DNA of 64,000 bases, taken from sequence record MT129654.1, one strand, 5' to 3'. Made by a program: the position numbers and the translations under genes. Below, piece by piece: positions 46,891 through 55,642 of the stretch (position 1 is its first letter; every line of letters begins with the position of its first letter). The notes beneath the pieces were generated by a model. It ran no database searches and was not told where the DNA came from. It saw only the letters and a program-made list of their open reading frames with translations. The stretch comes from Escherichia phage MN04.

Positions 46891-47253
46891 ATGATTGAAA
46901 TTACTCTGAAGCAACCTGAAGACTTCCTAAAAGTGAAAGAGACCCTGACTCGTATGGGTATCGCTAATAATAAAGAAAAGAAACTATATCAATCCTGTCA
47001 CATTTTGCAAAAGCAAGGACGGTATTATATTGTCCACTTTAAAGAGATGTTGCGTATGGACGGTCGCCAGGTAGATATCGATGGTGAAGACTACCAACGC
47101 CGCGATTCTATCGCCCAGCTTCTTAAGGATTGGGGACTTATTGATATTGTAGACGATTCTGAATTGTTCGAAATTACTAATAATTTCCGTGTCATTTCCT
47201 TTAAACAAAAAAATGACTGGGAACTATTGTCTAAGTATACCATTGGTAATTAA
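46891..47253 (+). CDS. regA: translational repressor RegA (120 aa)
   Basis: MIEITLKQPEDFLKVKETLTRMGIANNKEKKLYQSCHILQKQGRYYIVHFKEMLRMDGRQV... near-identical to remembered T4 RegA. Confidence 0.92.
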   Translation: MIEITLKQPEDFLKVKETLTRMGIANNKEKKLYQSCHILQKQGRYYIVHFKEMLRMDGRQVDIDGEDYQRRDSIAQLLKDWGLIDIVDDSELFEITNNFRVISFKQKNDWELLSKYTIGN

Positions 47254-47254
47254 T

Positions 47255-47455
47255 ATGATTCTTGAAATTGAAACGTGTGAACGTCTTAAAGAGGTGTACG
47301 GGCTTTCACCAACTCAAACTGTTTTTGACCTTTCCGAAGAGCTCCAAATAGAATTTCAAAAGGACCTCCATAAGTTACTACATCCAGGTCAGCAAGTCTT
47401 CCAGGCTATGATTAGAACTAAGGCGAAGATGGCAATCCGACTATTAAACGTTTGA
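47255..47455 (+). CDS. small protein (66 aa)
   Basis: ATG 47255 right after regA stop. Confidence 0.4.
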   Translation: MILEIETCERLKEVYGLSPTQTVFDLSEELQIEFQKDLHKLLHPGQQVFQAMIRTKAKMAIRLLNV

Positions 47456-47472
47456 CAATAGAAATTTAAGCA

Positions 47473-47494
47473 AAGGGACTTCGGTCCCTTTTTG
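47473..47494 (+). terminator. hairpin plus T-run upstream of gene 43 (terminator and/or part of the gp43 translational operator)
   Basis: agggac-ttcg-gtccct followed by TTTTT. Confidence 0.55.
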
Positions 47495-47551
47495 GAGTAT
47501 AATTATTCATCAACAAACAAAAGACAATCACTCGTCTATAAAGGAAATGAA

Positions 47552-50263
47552 ATGCAAGAATTCTATTTGACAGTCGAACAAATCGGTGATAATATTCTCG
47601 AACGTTACATCGATAAAAATGGTAAAGAACGTAGTCGTGAAGTTCCTTACAAGCCTACAATGTTTATGCATGCCAACCCAGAGCAAGCCGTAAAATATAT
47701 TGACATCTACGGTAAGGGCTGTGTTAAGAAAGAATTCGATTCAATGCGCGATGCTTCTCAGTGGATGAAGCGCATGGACGATATGGGTCTCGAAGCCCTT
47801 GGTATGGACGACTATAAATTAGCCTATTTGTCTGATACCTATCGTAAAGAAATCAAGTATGATTCTTCCAAGATTCGTATTGCTAACTTCGACATCGAGG
47901 TAACATCTCCTGATGGATTCCCTGAACCTGCTCAGGCTAAACATCCTATCGATGCCATTACTCACTACGACTCGATTGATGATAAATTCTATGTATTTGA
48001 CCTTTTAGTTTCACCTTATGGTACGGTCGAAGAGTGGTCGATTAAAATCGCTGAGAAACTCCAAGACGAAGGTGGTGACGAAGTTCCACAAGAAATCATT
48101 GACAAAATCGTTTATCTTCCGTTTAATTCTGAAGAAGAAATGATGCTTGAGTATCTGAATTTCTGGCAACAGAAAACTCCTGTGATTTTGACTGGATGGA
48201 ATGTTGAATCATTTGACGTGCCATACGTTTATAACCGTCTTAAAAATCTGTTTGGCGAGAACACTGCTAAGCGATTAAGCCCACATCGTAAGACTCGTGT
48301 TAAAGTTATCGAGAATATGTACGGTGTTCGTGAAATTATTACACTGTTCGGTATCTCTGTTCTGGATTATATCGACCTTTATAAAAAATTCAGCTTTACC
48401 AACCAGCCTTCTTATTCTCTGGATTATGTTTCTGAATATGAATTGAAAGTAGGTAAGTTGAAATATGATGGTCCTATCTCCAAGTTACGTGAGACGAACC
48501 ACCAACGATATATTTCCTATAACATTATCGACGTATATCGTGTTGTACAGATTGATATGAAACGCCAGTTCATTCTTCTGAGTTTGGACATGGGTTACTA
48601 TGCCAAGATGCAGATTCAGTCGGTGTTCAGTCCAATTAAGACTTGGGACGCTATTATCTTTAATAGCCTTAAAGAACAGGGTAAAGTTATTCCTCAGGCC
48701 AAATCGCATGCGGTTCAACCTTATCCGGGTGCTTTCGTTAAGGAACCGATTCCTAACGCGTACAAATATGTAATGAGTTTCGACCTTACATCTCTGTACC
48801 CGAGTATCATTCGACAAGTGAATATAAGCCCAGAGACCATCGCAGGGACATTCGCTAACGCACCGATACATGAATATATTGCCGGAACTGCTCCGCGTCC
48901 TAGCGACACCTACAGTTGCTCTCCTAACGGCATGATGTACTATAAAGACCGTGATGGTGTGATTCCTACAGAAATCACGAAGGTGTTCTTACAGCGTAAA
49001 GAACATAAAGGTTATATGCTTGCAGCTCAACGTAACGGTGAGTTAATTAAAGAAGCATTAGAAAATCCTAATCCGTCTGTTGATAGCCCACTGGATATCG
49101 ATTATCGTTTCGACTTCTCTGACGAAATCAAAGCCCAGATTAAAAAATTGTCAGCATCTTCTTTAAAAGAAATGTTATTCAAAGCCGAACGTACTGAAGT
49201 CGCAGGTATGACTGCTCAGATTAACCGTAAGTTGCTTATCAACTCCCTTTATGGTGCACTTGGTAACGTATGGTTCCGTTACTATGACCTCAGGAACGCA
49301 ACTGCAATCACATTGTTTGGTCAAATGGCCCTCCAATGGATTGAACGTAAGGTTAACGAATATCTGAATAGCGTGTGTAAGACTGAAAACCAGAAGTTCG
49401 TGCTTTATGGTGATACCGACTCCATTTATGTTAAGGCTGATGCAATTATCAATAAAGTAGGCGAAGATAAATTCCGTGATACTAACCACTGGGTTGACTT
49501 CTTAGATAAATTTGCACGTGAACGTATGGAACCAGCTATTGATGCAGGCTTCCGTGAGATGTGTGAATACATGAACAATAAACAGCACTTGATGTTCATG
49601 GACCGAGAAGCTATCGCTGGTCCTCCACTTGGTTCTAAAGGTCTTGGTGGATTCTGGACAGGCAAGAAACGTTATGCACTGAACGTTTGGGACATGGAAG
49701 GTACTCGTTATGCCGAACCACACTTGAAAATCATGGGTCTCGAAACCCAGAAATCAAGTACACCTAAAGCGGTTCAGAAAGCACTGAAAGAATGCATCCG
49801 TCGTATGCTTCAAGAAGGCGAGGCCTCTTTGCAAGAGTATTTCAAACAGTTTAATAAGGAATTTAACGAATTAGACTATGTAAGCATTGCTGCAGTATCC
49901 AGTGCTAACAACATTGAGAAATATAATGAAGGTGGTTTCCCTGGTTCTAAATGTCCGTACCACATCAAAGGTTGCTTAGCTTACATGCGTGCTTCTGCTG
50001 GTGATTTGACAATGCCTCGAATCGTTGATGGTGAAAAGGTATATGTACTGCCACTTAAAGAAGGCAACCCGTTCGGTGAAGCTTGTATGGCATGGCCGTC
50101 AGGTATTGAACTTCCGATTCAGATTCGTGACCAAGTCCTCCGTTGGATGGACTACAACGTACTGTTCCAAAAGACCTTTATCAAACCTCTGACCGGTTTT
50201 ACTGAGTCTGCTAAAATCGACTACGAGAAAAAAGCAACATTATTTGACATGTTCGACTTTTAA
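47552..50263 (+). CDS. 43: DNA polymerase gp43 (family B, 903 aa)
   Basis: MQEFYLTVEQIGDNILERYIDKNGKERSREV... plus exonuclease FDIEV and polymerase motifs SLYPSII, KILINSLYGALG, YGDTDS; closest to remembered RB69 gp43. Confidence 0.96.
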   Translation: MQEFYLTVEQIGDNILERYIDKNGKERSREVPYKPTMFMHANPEQAVKYIDIYGKGCVKKEFDSMRDASQWMKRMDDMGLEALGMDDYKLAYLSDTYRKEIKYDSSKIRIANFDIEVTSPDGFPEPAQAKHPIDAITHYDSIDDKFYVFDLLVSPYGTVEEWSIKIAEKLQDEGGDEVPQEIIDKIVYLPFNSEEEMMLEYLNFWQQKTPVILTGWNVESFDVPYVYNRLKNLFGENTAKRLSPHRKTRVKVIENMYGVREIITLFGISVLDYIDLYKKFSFTNQPSYSLDYVSEYELKVGKLKYDGPISKLRETNHQRYISYNIIDVYRVVQIDMKRQFILLSLDMGYYAKMQIQSVFSPIKTWDAIIFNSLKEQGKVIPQAKSHAVQPYPGAFVKEPIPNAYKYVMSFDLTSLYPSIIRQVNISPETIAGTFANAPIHEYIAGTAPRPSDTYSCSPNGMMYYKDRDGVIPTEITKVFLQRKEHKGYMLAAQRNGELIKEALENPNPSVDSPLDIDYRFDFSDEIKAQIKKLSASSLKEMLFKAERTEVAGMTAQINRKLLINSLYGALGNVWFRYYDLRNATAITLFGQMALQWIERKVNEYLNSVCKTENQKFVLYGDTDSIYVKADAIINKVGEDKFRDTNHWVDFLDKFARERMEPAIDAGFREMCEYMNNKQHLMFMDREAIAGPPLGSKGLGGFWTGKKRYALNVWDMEGTRYAEPHLKIMGLETQKSSTPKAVQKALKECIRRMLQEGEASLQEYFKQFNKEFNELDYVSIAAVSSANNIEKYNEGGFPGSKCPYHIKGCLAYMRASAGDLTMPRIVDGEKVYVLPLKEGNPFGEACMAWPSGIELPIQIRDQVLRWMDYNVLFQKTFIKPLTGFTESAKIDYEKKATLFDMFDF

Positions 50264-50265
50264 GT

Positions 50266-50300
50266 GTTTACATACCACATGGAACGTGGTAGTATCCTTC
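50266..50300 (+). promoter_or_regulatory. T4-type early promoter
   Basis: GTTTAC 50266-50271, hairpin accac/gtggt, -10 TAGTAT, cctatcaa core. Confidence 0.5.
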
Positions 50301-50325
50301 CTATCAACTACATGAGGAAATTATA

Positions 50326-50562
50326 ATGGAAGCTTTAATCGTTAGTGCTGGTGTTTTAGGATTTGGTTCTCTGGTTATTATGTTCATTGGTTACTTTTTA
50401 CCATGGATTCTGGCTCTTCTGCGAGGCACTCGTAGCAATGTTGGAATCTTCTTCCTTAATCTCCTGTTAGGATGGACTATGATTGGTTGGGTAGTGGCTT
50501 TAATCTGGGCTATCGTCGCTGAACGTAAATCAAACGCACAAATCATTATCGTTAAACAATGA
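50326..50562 (+). CDS. small two-helix inner-membrane protein (78 aa), positional counterpart of Imm
   Basis: Two hydrophobic helices; first gene after 43 as T4 imm. Confidence 0.45.
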   Translation: MEALIVSAGVLGFGSLVIMFIGYFLPWILALLRGTRSNVGIFFLNLLLGWTMIGWVVALIWAIVAERKSNAQIIIVKQ

Positions 50563-50696
50563 AGATAATTATTTTATTTCTTATAATGGCTGCCTTTACC
50601 ATTTATTGGGCAGTGGCAATTCCTCCAATGATTCCAACATTAATCATGGGATGGATTATTCTTATAGCACAAATTAAGTATAACTGTTTTAATTGA
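50559..50696 (+). CDS. small membrane protein (45 aa)
   Basis: ATGA-coupled; hydrophobic; under the ORF-track cutoff. Confidence 0.35.
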   Translation: MKIIILFLIMAAFTIYWAVAIPPMIPTLIMGWIILIAQIKYNCFN

Positions 50697-50703
50697 GGAT
50701 ATT

Positions 50704-51204
50704 ATGAAAAAGTTAATTATCGCAATGAGTATGCTCCTATCAGGTTGCGCAGTCCAATACGGTGATGCAGTTTCGGCTGATGAAGTTGGTAAAGCTCGTA
50801 TCGCAGCTGAACAGAAACAATTCGACGGCGAAATGAAATTCCGTGCCGGTTCTGGACTTGTGTATACCCGAGCTAATAATCAATGTGGTAATAACTGTGC
50901 AAAATATGCTCAAAGGGAAATCGAATTCCAACGTGAACAAGAGTCTAAGCGTGAAGCGGTACTAGCCAAACACCAGGCAGAAATGAAGCGCCAAGATGAT
51001 TTGTACAAAAAGCAGAAACTGTATTCTATGTGTGTAAACCATATCAATTTACAGATTTCTGTCCATGAGGCTCGTTATTACGAAATGCTCGAAACCGAGA
51101 GCTTCGATAAGGCTCGTGATTATAAGAAACAAATCAACAAGCTTAAGACCAAAGTGCCTGCTGCAGTAGAACAGTGCATGGAATACGGTAAAGATAAGAT
51201 TTAA
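50704..51204 (+). CDS. predicted lipoprotein (166 aa)
   Basis: Signal peptide with lipobox LLSGC; charged coiled-coil-like mature part. Confidence 0.55.
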   Translation: MKKLIIAMSMLLSGCAVQYGDAVSADEVGKARIAAEQKQFDGEMKFRAGSGLVYTRANNQCGNNCAKYAQREIEFQREQESKREAVLAKHQAEMKRQDDLYKKQKLYSMCVNHINLQISVHEARYYEMLETESFDKARDYKKQINKLKTKVPAAVEQCMEYGKDKI

Positions 51205-51240
51205 GCAATAGAAATTTATTAAAAATAGTGTATAATGTAC
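51200..51240 (+). promoter_or_regulatory. candidate promoter for the modification operon (-10 only)
   Basis: TATAAT at 51231-51236 preceded by TG; no clear -35. Confidence 0.3.
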
Positions 51241-51264
51241 CTACATTCACTTGAGGAACAGATA

Positions 51265-52938
51265 ATGAAAAAGGTTGTTATTTTAGGCGCAGGTCTTGGC
51301 TCACGGTTGTATCCAATTACTAACGAAATCCCGAAGGTATTGGTTAACTATAAACAACATACGGTATTAAAGCATTTGTATGATTTGTATAGTAACCAAT
51401 CAGATGAAATTATTCTGGTTATTCACAGCAAATTTAACGACCTCGTTAAAGGCTATATTAAATCCATTAACATGATTACTGGTGATAAGCCTAAATTCAC
51501 TATTCGTAACGTTGATGTTGCTAATGGTTCAGCTCATGCTATCGATTGCATTGCCGAAGATATCATTGGCCATAACGTCCTGTTTAACTGGTGTGACATC
51601 ATTCCTGAAGGTCATAAAGTTGAGTGGGGTAACGACTACTGTTATACCTATGGAACTGACTGTCGTTTTACATTTGAAGAACCGTACTTACGTGAAATTG
51701 GCACTGGTGGTGGCGTAGTTGGTTTATATCAGGTGGCTAATTGGACAGGTTTCGACCGTTCTAATTACGGTGAAGACCTTGCTGATAACCTGGATTCAAT
51801 GGTCTATTTGACTGAACGTAAACTGGACTTTGTAGTTGATGTCGGTGACAAATTGAAACTGGCTAAGGCCCATGAAGATTCTGAAATTAACCGTGAATTT
51901 AATAAATTAGAATTCACCGAGAATCTGGCTATTAAAGTACCAACTAACGAATTAGGTAAAGAAATTCAATCTAAAGAAATCAATTGGTATAATTCTATTG
52001 ATTCTGAATTCGTTCCTAGCATTGTAGACTTTTCTCCAGGCGAATTCATTAAAATGGAACGTATCTTTGGTCGGACCATGGCAGATGCCTACCGGTTTAT
52101 GTCCAAAGAAACTAAAGTCCTCATGGTTTATAAGGTCATTAGTGCATTACGTTCATTCGGTGGAACTATTGATAATCCGTCCGATGAACAATGGTATTCC
52201 GATGTTAAGAAAGAAGTATTGGACAAGGTCCTTATTCGTAATGCTTCTATTGCCGGATTGATTGAAGGCTTTGCTCCACAAGGCATTACCCATGTTAACG
52301 ATTTCAAAGTAGGCGACCCTGAAAAACTTCTCCGCCATGCACTAGAAATTCTGTCTGAACATAAAGAACCGTACCAACTTATTCATGGCGACCCACACTA
52401 CAGTAATATTATGCTGTCGGACGAAGGTGATATTAAAATCATCGACCCACGTGGTTATTTCGGTAATAGTTCTAAAGGCCCTGCGATTTATGATGAAGCT
52501 AAGGTGCTTTATTCTATCGATGGCTATGACAAATTTAACTCAGACCCTCTATGGGGTGGATTAACCCGTAACGGAACTCGTGTATTCGTTGATATTGAAA
52601 AGGTTATGCCTTTAGACGATATCCCTATGTGCACATTTAAGCACAAGCTCTGGATTGCTGTTATTTGGATGGCTCTGGCAGGTTACTTTAAGAATAACCC
52701 TCTGAAAGCTCTGGGTGCTTATTATAACGGTTTGTACCAACTGAGTGTGCTGCTGAAGCGGCATCCTCGTAAGCGTAAGCTTATTACAGGTGAATTTGTC
52801 GATGAAGTTCGTGACCCTATCACGGCCCAAATTATTACTCGTTGTCCTGATAAGTGGGTTTTGCTTGACCAGGAAACTGGTGTAAAATATAAACCTACAG
52901 GTTCTACTGAACTCCACAAACAATGGAAGAAAATTTAA
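51265..52938 (+). CDS. bifunctional sugar-1-phosphate nucleotidyltransferase (N-terminal) / APH-fold kinase (C-terminal), 557 aa
   Basis: N-terminus VVILGAGLGSRLYPITNEIPKVLV (GxGxRxxPxT...PKxLV signature of RmlA/LicC-type NTases); C-terminal HGDPHYSNIML and IIDPRGYFG (Brenner and DFG-like motifs of choline/aminoglycoside/anomeric-sugar kinases). Confidence 0.65.
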   Translation: MKKVVILGAGLGSRLYPITNEIPKVLVNYKQHTVLKHLYDLYSNQSDEIILVIHSKFNDLVKGYIKSINMITGDKPKFTIRNVDVANGSAHAIDCIAEDIIGHNVLFNWCDIIPEGHKVEWGNDYCYTYGTDCRFTFEEPYLREIGTGGGVVGLYQVANWTGFDRSNYGEDLADNLDSMVYLTERKLDFVVDVGDKLKLAKAHEDSEINREFNKLEFTENLAIKVPTNELGKEIQSKEINWYNSIDSEFVPSIVDFSPGEFIKMERIFGRTMADAYRFMSKETKVLMVYKVISALRSFGGTIDNPSDEQWYSDVKKEVLDKVLIRNASIAGLIEGFAPQGITHVNDFKVGDPEKLLRHALEILSEHKEPYQLIHGDPHYSNIMLSDEGDIKIIDPRGYFGNSSKGPAIYDEAKVLYSIDGYDKFNSDPLWGGLTRNGTRVFVDIEKVMPLDDIPMCTFKHKLWIAVIWMALAGYFKNNPLKALGAYYNGLYQLSVLLKRHPRKRKLITGEFVDEVRDPITAQIITRCPDKWVLLDQETGVKYKPTGSTELHKQWKKI

Positions 52939-53321
52939 TGTCGCATCGAGTAGAAAATAAGCCACATTTATGTTTTGATATCGATAACACAATCACGATT
53001 TGGAACCATGACCGTGATTATGAGAACTTTAAACCGGACACCGAAATGGTGTCCATGATTAATAAGCTTTATGATGAAGGGTACGAGATTACATTGTTCA
53101 CCGCGCGTGGCATGACTTCATGTGGCCCAGGTCGAATCTTGGTTGAAGTAGTTCCTGCATTGGTTAAGAACCTTGAAAAGATTGGATTGAAATATCATAA
53201 TCTGCTTACACATAAGCCGAGTTATACTTTTATCATCGATGACCGAGCAATCCGTCCCGACCACTTTAAAGAAATGGTTCGTGAAGGAACTCTTGATAGT
53301 TATAAGGCCTATCATCCATGA
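52938..53321 (+). CDS. HAD-superfamily phosphatase (127 aa)
   Basis: Motif I CFDIDNTIT (DxDxT), motif II TLFTAR, motif III HKPS, motif IV IIDDRA; TAATG coupling. Confidence 0.65.
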   Translation: MSHRVENKPHLCFDIDNTITIWNHDRDYENFKPDTEMVSMINKLYDEGYEITLFTARGMTSCGPGRILVEVVPALVKNLEKIGLKYHNLLTHKPSYTFIIDDRAIRPDHFKEMVREGTLDSYKAYHP

Positions 53322-53854
53322 ATCCAAAAATCATTGTTATAGACGGCCCGGATAATTCCGGGAAGTCCACTTTAATTAAAAATCTGTTATCCAATAAGAA
53401 ATACCGCCTTATTGATTTTCCTAAAAAGATTAATGGTAAGTGTATTTCATTAGGAACTGATAACGATAAGGCTTTAGTTGAAACTCTGTATAAGTTTTTA
53501 GACCCTAATTTCGTTTATATCCTTGACCGTGGTTATCCAAGTAATATTGTTTACTCAGGATTCCTTCGTGGTGAAATGGACCCTTATGTAGAACTGGAAG
53601 ATTGGAAAGGGTTTAAATCTGAATTTAACGTTATCGAGGTTATTTTAACTCGCAATCCATTAGACGAAGACTTCGAAGACGACCTTATTAAATTAACCAA
53701 AGATGAGTTCAACCTAACTATCCGGCAATACGAAACATGTTTTGAAAACGTGTTTAAAATCTTAAATCATGACGGCCATAATAATTTGCTTAATGTTGAT
53801 ATGGTAGAATTAAAACGTCTGAACGAATATATTGAAAATAAGGTGAATAGATGA
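53318..53854 (+). CDS. P-loop nucleoside monophosphate kinase, thymidylate-kinase family (178 aa)
   Basis: IVIDGPDNSGKSTL Walker A and ILDRGYPS...VYSG (DRY-like motif); ATGA coupling. Confidence 0.6.
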   Translation: MNPKIIVIDGPDNSGKSTLIKNLLSNKKYRLIDFPKKINGKCISLGTDNDKALVETLYKFLDPNFVYILDRGYPSNIVYSGFLRGEMDPYVELEDWKGFKSEFNVIEVILTRNPLDEDFEDDLIKLTKDEFNLTIRQYETCFENVFKILNHDGHNNLLNVDMVELKRLNEYIENKVNR

Positions 53855-54549
53855 AACACATTACCGCTGTTAGTTTTGAAAATGCATTTAAACAAATGAA
53901 CGAAGAAATCCTGGAAGCTCCACAGTTTGCAGTTGATTCTCGTATCGGACGTTGTTATGAAATTGGTTCTGCTTCGGTAGAAGTACTGGATGCAAGCACC
54001 TATAAATTCACCGATCCTCGTATTAATCGTATTAGTTATGAATATGCCGAATCTTTCTGGAAGTTTATGATTTCTGGTGGTACTGACGCCGCCGAAGCAT
54101 TTAAGGAATACCCTAATGTTGCTAAGTTCATTGATAAGCCGAAAAGTGACGTATTGCCTGCAAACTTCAACACTTTCTATGGACCTCGAATTGTGGCCCA
54201 ACTCCCAGCCTTACTTAAAGAGCTTAAAGAAAAGCCTAACTCAAGACGCGTTGTGTTCCAGATTCTCCAAGAACAAGACCAAGCCCTCCTTGATTCTGAC
54301 GAATCCTTAGAATATCCTTGCACCGATTCGGTAACGTATTATATTCGTGATGGACGTCTGTATGCACACACTCATATGCGTTCACAGAACTGTGCTATTG
54401 TTATGCAGCTGGATTTCTATCTGCAGGGTAAACTGATGGCATTTATTGCTGAACAGTGCGGTGTCGGTTTAGGTACATATTCCCACACCATGGTAAGTGC
54501 ACACGTGTTTGAACGTGATTTTGACTACGTCCGAGGTTTCCTGAAATGA
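53851..54549 (+). CDS. 42: pyrimidine hydroxymethylase of the thymidylate-synthase fold, positional and sequence counterpart of T4 gp42 dCMP hydroxymethylase (232 aa)
   Basis: NSRRVVFQI, YPCTDSV (catalytic Cys), MRSQNCAIVMQLDF with Asp at the position that is Asp in T4 dCMP hydroxymethylase and Asn in ThyA. Confidence 0.75.
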   Translation: MKHITAVSFENAFKQMNEEILEAPQFAVDSRIGRCYEIGSASVEVLDASTYKFTDPRINRISYEYAESFWKFMISGGTDAAEAFKEYPNVAKFIDKPKSDVLPANFNTFYGPRIVAQLPALLKELKEKPNSRRVVFQILQEQDQALLDSDESLEYPCTDSVTYYIRDGRLYAHTHMRSQNCAIVMQLDFYLQGKLMAFIAEQCGVGLGTYSHTMVSAHVFERDFDYVRGFLK

Positions 54550-55439
54550 GTTTGTTTATCGTTCCTATTTTCAGTATGCGTAGTTACGAAACAGGTGAAT
54601 ATGCCGTCCTTAAGGACGGCAATTTTCAACTCCATTTAAATCGTGCTCGTCCAGGTGATTATCTGGCTTATCCTAGAAATTCGAGCGATATCAAAGAATG
54701 CATTGAATTATTCCCAGATCTGAATTTCGTACCACTTTGGTATAAAGAAAATGCTTATGAAACCCGTAAACATTTCTGGTCTGAAAATGAGTTTGTAGTC
54801 GATTCACTAATCGAATACTACGATTGCTCAGGACTGGTAACCGATATCACTGGTTACGATGGTGCTCATACTGTACAATTCAACTTTAATATCACAATGG
54901 ACCCTGAAGTTCCTCGTTATTATATCGACGAGTTCATTGATATTGATGTGGCTTCAGTTGAACGTTCACTTTATACTACAGTCCTGAATCAATGCCAGAA
55001 AGACGTCTTGGTGTCACGAGGTGCATCCTCTGATAAGATTTTTGTAGACCAAAAGGTAATTAATCCTGCAGTAATTGAGCGTTACTCTGAAGGTCTAGCG
55101 CCTATTAAAATTGATGGTATTTTCCATCCATTCCGTATTTCAGATAAGTGTTATCAATTCGAAAGAGTTGTAGACCAAGCTGCCGCTGAAGGTGCTCGTC
55201 TTTATATCACCGATCCGAATGATTCATTTAAGCGCGAAGACTATCGTCCTGATGTAGAGATTATTAAATTCAAACCAAGTAAGGTTGAATATTATCAAAT
55301 TCTGAAATCAAGACCACATATCATTTATCATGAGAACCCAGGTTTAGTATTCCATCCTGGTCTGGCTGAATTCATTTATTTCGGTGCCAATATTCATTCT
55401 GAATACGAAATGCCACGTTATGAGGACGTAGTATGCTAG
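54546..55439 (+). CDS. unassigned 297-aa protein in the slot where T4 has beta-glucosyltransferase; candidate DNA sugar-transferase
   Basis: ATGA-coupled to the hydroxymethylase; no resemblance to remembered T4 bgt. Confidence 0.5.
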   Translation: MSLFIVPIFSMRSYETGEYAVLKDGNFQLHLNRARPGDYLAYPRNSSDIKECIELFPDLNFVPLWYKENAYETRKHFWSENEFVVDSLIEYYDCSGLVTDITGYDGAHTVQFNFNITMDPEVPRYYIDEFIDIDVASVERSLYTTVLNQCQKDVLVSRGASSDKIFVDQKVINPAVIERYSEGLAPIKIDGIFHPFRISDKCYQFERVVDQAAAEGARLYITDPNDSFKREDYRPDVEIIKFKPSKVEYYQILKSRPHIIYHENPGLVFHPGLAEFIYFGANIHSEYEMPRYEDVVC

Positions 55440-55564
55440 GTCCTCTATTGCTTTTTATAGGTTTGTTATTATTCTCTTTCGGAGCCTTGCTATTACTAGT
55501 GTGGCTCGAGAAACGAGAAGTTCGGAAGATAGTCGATAAGGCTATCAACCGAGGAATTAAGTAA
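55433..55564 (+). CDS. small membrane protein (43 aa)
   Basis: ATG overlapping upstream stop; hydrophobic; under the ORF-track cutoff. Confidence 0.3.
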   Translation: MLGPLLLFIGLLLFSFGALLLLVWLEKREVRKIVDKAINRGIK

Positions 55565-55590
55565 TGCTGTAGCTGTGAAGTGATATAATT
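55563..55590 (+). promoter_or_regulatory. MotA-dependent middle promoter for uvsX
   Basis: MotA-box-like aaTGCTGTA 55563-55571 and TATAAT 55584-55589, 12 nt apart; T4 uvsX has a classic middle promoter. Confidence 0.5.
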
Positions 55591-55642
55591 ACCCTATCTT
55601 AAAACGTGAGAAAAAATATAATGATGCCTATGGAAAAATATA

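Noticed and set aside
47492-47551. Track start of gene 43 at 47492
   Set aside because: T4 and RB69 gp43 start MKEFY...; the matching MQEFY start is ATG 47552 with SD aaggaaa.
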